Positions 26,019 through 32,000 of a DNA stretch of 32,000 bases are shown here, one piece after another. How positions within the stretch are numbered: position 1 is the first letter of the stretch; each line of letters begins with the position of its first letter. Made by a program: the position numbers and the translations under genes. Below the pieces are notes generated by a model that worked only from the letters and a program-made list of their open reading frames with translations, was not told the DNA's origin and ran no database searches. The stretch lies in assembly GCF_003432385.1 (NCBI RefSeq), contig NZ_CP031841.1, forward strand, positions 1,557,579 to 1,589,578, in the 5' to 3' direction. Source of the DNA: Breoghania sp. L-A4 (GTDB lineage Bacteria > Pseudomonadota > Alphaproteobacteria > Rhizobiales > Stappiaceae).

Positions 26019-26456
26019 TCATGGCAGCACCACGGAGCCGTCCTCGCCCATCGGAAAGCCCGGATTGTAGGCGATCTCCAGCAGATGATCGCAGCCGGGG
26101 ATGCGCACGTAGCCTGAATAGCCGCCCCAGAAGACCTTTTCCGGTCGCTTGACCGGCGTGGCGCCAGCCGCGATTGTCTCGGCGAAGGCCGCGTCGACCT
26201 CCGCCTCGCTGCGCGCGTTCCAGGCGATCGAGCACGGCACGAAATGGCCCGGTGCGGCGGCATCGTCGGGCAAACCGGCATCTTTGGCCAGATCCGCGCG
26301 GCCGAACAGTCCGAAGGCGGTCGAGCCGCACTGGTAGAAGGCGACCGCGTCGCTGTCGACGTTGGCGCGCGTCCAGCCGAGACCGTGTTCGAAGAACCGC
26401 CGGGCGGCGCCGAGGTCGTCAACGCCCAGGGTGATGAGAGAGAGCCGCTGTTCCAC
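26019..26456 (-). CDS. VOC (glyoxalase/bleomycin-resistance/dioxygenase) family protein
   Basis: 145 aa, GTG start. LSLITLGVDDLGAARRFFEHGLGW is typical of the VOC fold. Confidence 0.85.
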   Translation of the reverse strand: MEQRLSLITLGVDDLGAARRFFEHGLGWTRANVDSDAVAFYQCGSTAFGLFGRADLAKDAGLPDDAAAPGHFVPCSIAWNARSEAEVDAAFAETIAAGATPVKRPEKVFWGGYSGYVRIPGCDHLLEIAYNPGFPMGEDGSVVLP

Positions 26457-26641
26457 TATCCGAAAACCTCACAAAACAACTTTATTGCGCGTTGGGGATG
26501 ATGAAGTAGGAACATTATATGAACATCAAATGGCGTCTAGTCAAAAATTGCGCAAATGCTGGAATTTTGGGCGGTACCTTGACCTGACCACCCGAACGGC
26601 GTTCGATCGTCGGACACACAATACGAGACGAGGAACGACTT

Positions 26642-27499
26642 ATGACGGACTGGTCGCAAACCTGGACCTGGATCGACGGCGCATGGCATGAGGGCAATCC
26701 GCCGATGATGGGGCCACGCACGCATGCGGCGTGGCTGGGATCCAGTGTTTTCGACGGCGCGCGCACCTTCGAAGGTGTCACCCCTGATCTTGATCTGCAT
26801 TGCGAGCGGGTGAATGTCTCCGCCGTGGCAATGGGCCTGAAGCCGACCATGAGTGTCGCGGACATGATGACGCTGACCCGGGACGGCATTGGCCGCTTCG
26901 CGCCCGGCACGGCGCTGTACATCAAGCCGATGTACTGGGCCGAGGGGGAGGGCATAGGCACGGTTGCCGGCGACCCGGAGACGACCCGCTTCTGCCTGTG
27001 CCTGTACGAATCGCCGATCGCCGCCAGTGGCGCCTCGATCTCCGTCACGCTGTCGCCCTTCCGCCGCCCGTCGCTCGAATATGCGCCAGTCAACGCCAAG
27101 ACGGGCAGCCTCTACCCCAACAACGCCCGCGCGCTCGTCGAGGCCAGGGGACGCGGTTTCGACAATGCCGTGTTCCTCGACATGATGGGCAACGTGGCGG
27201 AACTGGCCACCGCCAATATCTTCATGGTCAAGGACGGGGTGATCAAGACGCCGTTTCCCAACGGATCGTTTCTCAACGGGATTACACGTCAGCGCATAAT
27301 CCGGCTTCTGGGCGCCGTCGGCGATGAGGTTGTCGAATGCGTGCTGGGCTACGACGATTTTCTCGAGGCCGATGAGATCTTTTCCACTGGAAATTATCAC
27401 AAGGTCGTCTCCGTCGGCCGCATCGAGGAGAGCGAAAAGCAGCCGGGACCCGTCGCTGCGAAGGCGCGCGCGCTCTACTGGGATTTCGCGCACGCCTGA
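26642..27499 (+). CDS. branched-chain amino acid aminotransferase (class IV PLP enzyme)
   Basis: 285 aa. GAGGA lies before the ATG. AWLGSSVFDGARTFEG and AKTGSLYPNNARALVEA are class IV patterns. Confidence 0.9.
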   Translation: MTDWSQTWTWIDGAWHEGNPPMMGPRTHAAWLGSSVFDGARTFEGVTPDLDLHCERVNVSAVAMGLKPTMSVADMMTLTRDGIGRFAPGTALYIKPMYWAEGEGIGTVAGDPETTRFCLCLYESPIAASGASISVTLSPFRRPSLEYAPVNAKTGSLYPNNARALVEARGRGFDNAVFLDMMGNVAELATANIFMVKDGVIKTPFPNGSFLNGITRQRIIRLLGAVGDEVVECVLGYDDFLEADEIFSTGNYHKVVSVGRIEESEKQPGPVAAKARALYWDFAHA

Positions 27500-27689
27500 G
27501 CAGGTGAGTTTTCTCACAGTCTCTGGATGGGTTCAGCAGCTATCACCGTCTCCGAGCGCGTGGCCGCATCATGGCCGCGCGTTTGTGCCGTCACGAGCAG
27601 ATCGTGGCGGACATTGCAGCAACAAATGACGTAGTGTCATTGGCCTTTCCTGTCGGAGAGAGCCGTCGCTTCATCGGGACAGCGAGTTT

Positions 27690-28220
27690 ATGGAGACGCC
27701 AACCCTCGAAACGGACCGGCTGCTCCTGCGCGCGCACCGGCTTGACGATTTCGATGTCTACGCCGCCATGTGGCGGGATCCCGCCGTCGTGCGCTATTTC
27801 GGAGGCGCGCCGCTGACCCGCGAGCAGGCCTGGCTTCGCTTCGTGCGTCACGCCGGCCTCTGGCATCATCTCGGTTTCGGCTTCTTCGCGCTTGAAGACA
27901 AGGCGACAGGCGCGTTCGTTGGCGAGGCCGGCGTGCACGAACTTCGCCGGGACATCGAACCGTCGGTCGAAGGAACGCTTGAGGCCGGCTGGGGCCTGGT
28001 GCCGGCTGCGCATGGCAGGGGGCTTTCCGAGGAGGCGATGCGCGGCGTCTTCATGTGGGCGGAAAAGAGCCTCCCGCCGTTGCGCACGACGTGCATCGTC
28101 GACACCGGGAACGCACCGTCCCTGCGGGTTGCGCAGAAACTCGGCTTCAAGGAGTTTTCGCGCACGATTTACAAAGGCACGCAGGTTATCGTTTTCGAGC
28201 GCTCGGCGCTCTCTCCGTGA
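27690..28220 (+). CDS. GNAT-family N-acetyltransferase (RimJ/RimL-like)
   Basis: 176 aa. LETDRLLLR at the N-terminus, GRGLSEEAM and NAPSLRVAQKLGF. Confidence 0.85.
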   Translation: METPTLETDRLLLRAHRLDDFDVYAAMWRDPAVVRYFGGAPLTREQAWLRFVRHAGLWHHLGFGFFALEDKATGAFVGEAGVHELRRDIEPSVEGTLEAGWGLVPAAHGRGLSEEAMRGVFMWAEKSLPPLRTTCIVDTGNAPSLRVAQKLGFKEFSRTIYKGTQVIVFERSALSP

Positions 28221-28454
28221 GCTCTTGACGGGTCGTCCATTCGGAGCAGACCGGGGCGGGCAGTGCCACGTTTCGGAACGTGGCAGAGCGTCCTGCAGCG
28301 CAAGACCGCGCGCGGAACCGAACGGTGCGGTGGTCGGTTGACTGACAGACGAATAGCATGCCGGACGAGATGGATTGCATGTTAGATGAATGGAAAGAGT
28401 GCCTTCGGGGAGAACGGGGCCACTCGTCCATTTCAAACGGGCGTTGTCGCGACC

Positions 28455-29189
28455 ATGGCGGACCAGACCAAATGCGAACAGTGCCCCCTGCGCACGCTTG
28501 AGGTATTCCGCAAGCTTGATGACAAGCAACTCGGGTTCATCGCGCGCTTCAAGACCGGCGAGCTGATCGTCGAGCCGGGATCGACGATCCTGCTCGAGGA
28601 AAACAACAGCCCGCATCTCTACACGATCCTCGAGGGGTGGGCGTTTCGTCACAAGCAGCTTGAGGACGGCCGCCGCCAGATTCTCAATTTCGCGCTGCCG
28701 GGCGATCTTATCGGCCTGCAGGCGGCCATCCTCAGCGAGATGCAGCATTCCGTGACGGCCCTGACGCGTGCCACCCTGTGCGTGTTCCAGCGCGACAAGA
28801 TCTGGACCCTGTTCCAGGAGTTTCCCGAACTCAGCTTCTCCATGACCTGGCTCGCGGCGCGCGAGGAGCAGATGCTGGACGGTCACCTGCTGAGTCTTGG
28901 CCAGCGCACCGCCCTGGAGCGCACGGCTTACTACATCCTGCATCTGTACGACCGCGCCGAGGCGCTGGGGCTTGCGGGCAACAATGCGCTGTGCGCGCCT
29001 TTTGGCAAGGGGCACCTGGCGGAGGCCATGGGCATCACGCCGGTGCACGCCAGCCGCACGATCAAGAAGCTGCACGAGCGCGGACTCATCCGCTGGACGG
29101 ACGATACGATCCTGATCAGGGACCGCGACCGGCTGCAGGCGCTGGCCTCCTTCGAAAGCGATCCCACGATGCGGCGGCCAATGATCTGA
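28455..29189 (+). CDS. Crp/Fnr-family transcriptional regulator
   Basis: A cNMP-binding-like domain and the C-terminal HTH HLAEAMGITPVHASRTIKKLHERGLI. The start is uncertain (28386 or 28455). Confidence 0.85.
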   Translation: MADQTKCEQCPLRTLEVFRKLDDKQLGFIARFKTGELIVEPGSTILLEENNSPHLYTILEGWAFRHKQLEDGRRQILNFALPGDLIGLQAAILSEMQHSVTALTRATLCVFQRDKIWTLFQEFPELSFSMTWLAAREEQMLDGHLLSLGQRTALERTAYYILHLYDRAEALGLAGNNALCAPFGKGHLAEAMGITPVHASRTIKKLHERGLIRWTDDTILIRDRDRLQALASFESDPTMRRPMI

Positions 29190-29562
29190 ACCGCGCCCGA
29201 GCGTGCTTCGGGCCCCGCGGCCCCGATTGTCGAAAAGTGCAAGTTCCGTCTTCCGCGCTTAACCAATGTTAAGGCGCGCCGGGAGGGGTGTGGCTATGCT
29301 CGGGCAGTGTTGAAAATTTATTCCCAACGATGTGCTGCGCCGCGCCGCCGGCCACATGGAGCTTCAAGTACACAATGGCCGAGACGTTTTTTGTTGATGT
29401 CGACGGGGCGGATCCATTCCGCGATGATTGCGTCGTATTCCGGGATGCGCCTGTTTTGATTCCCAAGCCGATGGACGCCGAGTTCGTTGCAAATGACCCG
29501 CGTCCGTGCGCAGCCGGTGCGGGTAATGCGGATCTCGTTTCGGGGGCGGCGACGGCGGGCTT

Positions 29563-29910
29563 GTGCGCGCTGACGCCGTCGTGCTGCTGGTCGAGGACAA
29601 CATCATTTTCTCGCTCGACGCCGAGGATATGTTGCGGCGCCTCGGCGTCGCGGCCGTTGTGACATGCGATCAGGCCAAGGCCGCGATCGATGTGATCGAC
29701 AGTCAGGCGATCGACTTCGCCGTCCTCGACATCAACCTGGGCACGGAGACGTCCCTGCCGGTGGCGGAGCATCTGCGGGCGGCGCGCATTCCCTTCGTTT
29801 TCGTGAGTGATTTTGACGATCCGGCCGTGGTGCCGCCCGAATTCGGCGACGTTCCGGTGCTGGCAAAACCCTACACGATGGAAGGTCTGGGGCGGATCTT
29901 CTCTTTGTAG
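29563..29910 (+). CDS. single-domain response regulator (receiver only)
   Basis: GTG start. LLVEDN, DFAVLDINL (phospho-acceptor Asp context) and LAKPY (conserved Lys). No output domain and no adjacent kinase. Confidence 0.8.
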   Translation: MRADAVVLLVEDNIIFSLDAEDMLRRLGVAAVVTCDQAKAAIDVIDSQAIDFAVLDINLGTETSLPVAEHLRAARIPFVFVSDFDDPAVVPPEFGDVPVLAKPYTMEGLGRIFSL

Positions 29911-29966
29911 CGGCGGCTATGCGGTGATGAAGCCGTGCTGGCGCAACAAGCGGATGAACTCGACGC

Positions 29967-31157
29967 TCAGACCGTCCGGCGTGCCGGCGTCAGCGCCAGC
30001 GCGGCCGCGACGACAAGGGCTGCCGCGGCGCTCAGAGAGGGCAGCAGGAAACTGCCCGTCGCCTCGAAACCCAGCCCCGCGACGGTCGGACCGGCCATCT
30101 GGCCCAGTCCGAAGGCGGCGGTCATCAGCGCTAGCGCCGTCCGTGGATCGCCGCGCGAGAGGCTGCGCGCGTGCATCAGCCCCACCGCGGTGATGGCGAT
30201 AAACGTGCCGCCCAGCATCATCGCCGCCAGTACCACCACCCAGCCGCTGTCCGATGTCACCGACAGGGTGACGCCAAGGGTCTCCACCACGCAGGCCGCG
30301 GCGTAGGCGCGCTGGTTGCCGATCCGTTTGCCCAGCGCCACCCAGGCCGCGATCGACGGAATGCCTGCCAGTCCCACCGCGGTCCAGATCACCGGCTCGA
30401 CATCGCTCAGGGTGGGCGACAACCGCGCCAGCGTGTTGATGAAGGTGGCGGTGATGGAATAGCCGAAGCCGAACAGCCCGTAGGACACATACAGCGCCAC
30501 CAGACGCCGTCCCGCCGGCGCGCCGGGCTGGGCGGGGGCCGCGCCCGGGTCGGCGCCGCCGCCGATCAGCCGCGCGACCAGGGCAAGCAGAACCGCGGAG
30601 GCCACGCCGCTCGCAAACCACAGCTGCCGCCAGTCGGCGCCCGCGGCGTCCAGGGCGGCGACCAGCATCGCGGAGCCGGCAATGCCCGCGCCAACGCCGG
30701 CGAAATGCAGCGAGACGAGGCCTGGCCGTCCGGCCGCCGCCAGACGATCGAGCACCAGCGCGGTGGAGAACACCATCGCGTAGGCACTGGCCAGACCGCT
30801 CAGGAATCGCAGGATGATGAAGACGGACACATCGTCCGTCAGGCCCATGCCCGCGGTGGTGGCGGCCGACAGCGCCAGCGCCGACAGAAACAGCGTGCGC
30901 CGGCTCATCGGCAGCGCGTCGGTCAGCCGGGTCGAGGCGGCGGCCAGCGCGCCGATCAGGTAGGCGAGGAAATTGGCGGACGCGATGATTCCGCCCTGAG
31001 CCGGCGTCAGTCCGGCCTCGGCCACCATGAAGGGCAGGATCGGCGTGTAGACGAAGCGTCCGATGCCCATGCACGCGGCCATGGCGAGCAGCCCGCCGAG
31101 CGCGACGGGCAGGGTGGCCGATAGGGGCGAGGCTTGTGGCGGCGCGTATTGTGTCAT
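29967..31157 (-). CDS. MFS transporter, YbfB/YjiJ (DUF1228) type
   Basis: ~396 aa from the ATG at 31157, with ~12 hydrophobic segments. GIGRFVYTPILPFM near the N-terminus is typical of this family. Confidence 0.85.
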   Translation of the reverse strand: MTQYAPPQASPLSATLPVALGGLLAMAACMGIGRFVYTPILPFMVAEAGLTPAQGGIIASANFLAYLIGALAAASTRLTDALPMSRRTLFLSALALSAATTAGMGLTDDVSVFIILRFLSGLASAYAMVFSTALVLDRLAAAGRPGLVSLHFAGVGAGIAGSAMLVAALDAAGADWRQLWFASGVASAVLLALVARLIGGGADPGAAPAQPGAPAGRRLVALYVSYGLFGFGYSITATFINTLARLSPTLSDVEPVIWTAVGLAGIPSIAAWVALGKRIGNQRAYAAACVVETLGVTLSVTSDSGWVVVLAAMMLGGTFIAITAVGLMHARSLSRGDPRTALALMTAAFGLGQMAGPTVAGLGFEATGSFLLPSLSAAAALVVAAALALTPARRTV

Positions 31158-31197
31158 GGAAAGACAAGTAGCACGCCGCGCGGCGTCGCCAAGCGCA

Positions 31198-31224
31198 ATC
31201 GGCGCACCGCCGATGTGCGCCGAT
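31198..31224. promoter_or_regulatory. 10-bp perfect inverted repeat in a divergent intergenic region
   Basis: ATCGGCGCAC-N7-GTGCGCCGAT, between the MFS start (31157) and the next gene start (31368). Confidence 0.3.
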
Positions 31225-31367
31225 CGGCAACCGTTTTCACCTCGCCTTAGGGTTCCTTGGTTCAAATACCGGCAGGAGACTGTCGTTTGCTCGCGTTACG
31301 CGCGGCGCAACGGCGATGGCCCGGGCGCCGGAAAGGCGGGGCCTGCGGGGATCCGGACAGGGGCGGG

Positions 31368-32000
31368 ATGCGAATGATTGAGAAGTTCGACCGGGCATGG
31401 ACCCTCGGCAATGCCTGTTGGAAGGCGCTGCTGCTGGACAAGGAAATGCTGCTGTTTCCGATCATGTCCACCGCGGCTCTCCTGCTGGCGATCGGCGGCA
31501 GTGTCGGCCCGCTCTGGGCCAGCGGCACGCTGGAGACGATCATGGAAGGGTTTCGGGCCAATCCGGACAGCGCCCAGGACCCCTGGGTGATGGCCGTGGC
31601 TTTCGGCTTCTATTTCGTCTGCTATTTTATCATGATCTTCTTCAACACCGCGCTGGTGACCTGCGCCATGATCCGGTTCGCCGGTGGCGATCCGACGGTC
31701 ATGGACGGCTTGCGCTCCTCGATGCGCAACCTGCACAAGATCTTCGCCTGGGCGCTGTTTGCGGCGAGCATCGGGTTCCTGCTCAATATGGTGGAGCAGC
31801 GGCTCAAGGGCGTCGGCAGGTTCATCGCCGGCCTGATGGGCGCGGCCTGGGCGATCGCCACCTATTTCGTCGTGCCCGTGCTGGTGCTTGAGGATGTCGG
31901 CCCGATCGGCGCCGTGCGGCGCTCGGTGGCCACCGTCCGCCAGACATGGGGCGAGTCGCTGATCGCCCATGCGGGTCTCTCGGCGCTGCAGTTCATCGGC
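31368..32000 (+). CDS. DUF6159-like membrane protein, 3' end off window
   Basis: Not in the ORF track because there is no stop before the window edge. My translation from the ATG at 31368 or 31374 reads M(RM)IEKFDRAWTLGNACWKALLLDKEMLLFPIMSTAALLLA..., with several TM segments, high GC3 and no stop to base 32000. Confidence 0.7.
   Translation, partial: MRMIEKFDRAWTLGNACWKALLLDKEMLLFPIMSTAALLLAIGGSVGPLWASGTLETIMEGFRANPDSAQDPWVMAVAFGFYFVCYFIMIFFNTALVTCAMIRFAGGDPTVMDGLRSSMRNLHKIFAWALFAASIGFLLNMVEQRLKGVGRFIAGLMGAAWAIATYFVVPVLVLEDVGPIGAVRRSVATVRQTWGESLIAHAGLSALQFIG

Noticed and set aside
29258-29280. GCGCTTAAC-caat-GTTAAGGCGC inverted repeat after the Crp/Fnr gene, as a terminator or FNR box
   Set aside because: No T-tract follows it, and it does not match TTGAT-N4-ATCAA. 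It may be a protein-binding dyad, but nothing supports a specific call.
29288-29662. 124-aa ORF upstream of the response regulator; possible N-terminal extension joined by a -1 shift at the G5 run 29542-29546
   Set aside because: The frame relationship matches the other G-run cases. However, the upstream ORF has mediocre GC3 and no recognisable domain, and the receiver has an acceptable GTG start (MRADAVVLLVEDN). Evidence is insufficient to call a fifth frameshift.

Overview
High-GC chromosomal window whose gene content looks alphaproteobacterial (Hyphomicrobiales/Rhizobiales-like; this is inference). The core is a methylmalonyl-CoA mutase (MCM) locus. The large subunit is intact, the small subunit is split by two -1 frameshifts, and the MeaB GTPase lies 9 kb away, abutting pcp. 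Ordinary enzymes and regulators surround it: DUF853 ATPase, M20 peptidase, LOG, type II HAD, ArsR-SRPBCC pair, VOC, class IV aminotransferase, GNAT, Crp/Fnr, an orphan receiver, a YbfB-type MFS and a LuxR-type regulator. The accessory or unusual content is as follows. (1) Three different transposable elements (IS481-family, IS5/IS427-like, a 268-bp MITE) are stacked end to end in what reduces to a single CTAG. (2) An outer-membrane protein is built from two tandem Omp25/31-like barrels, and it is followed by a diverged relic of the last ~35 codons of an MCM large-subunit gene. (3) A HigB/HigA-like toxin-antitoxin pair sits in a lower-GC islet. (4) A secreted four-EF-hand protein carries six perfect 21-bp repeats encoding GYGMMGP. 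(5) A same-strand trio of uncharacterised genes encodes a membrane coiled-coil protein, a large secreted protein and a PhyH dioxygenase. In addition, four otherwise intact genes are each broken by what looks like one missing G in a G4-G5 run. That points to homopolymer sequencing error at least as strongly as to real pseudogenisation. I found no CRISPR array, tRNA or rRNA, and no recognisable defence system beyond the TA pair. Most long ORFs antisense to real genes in the track are high-GC shadow ORFs.
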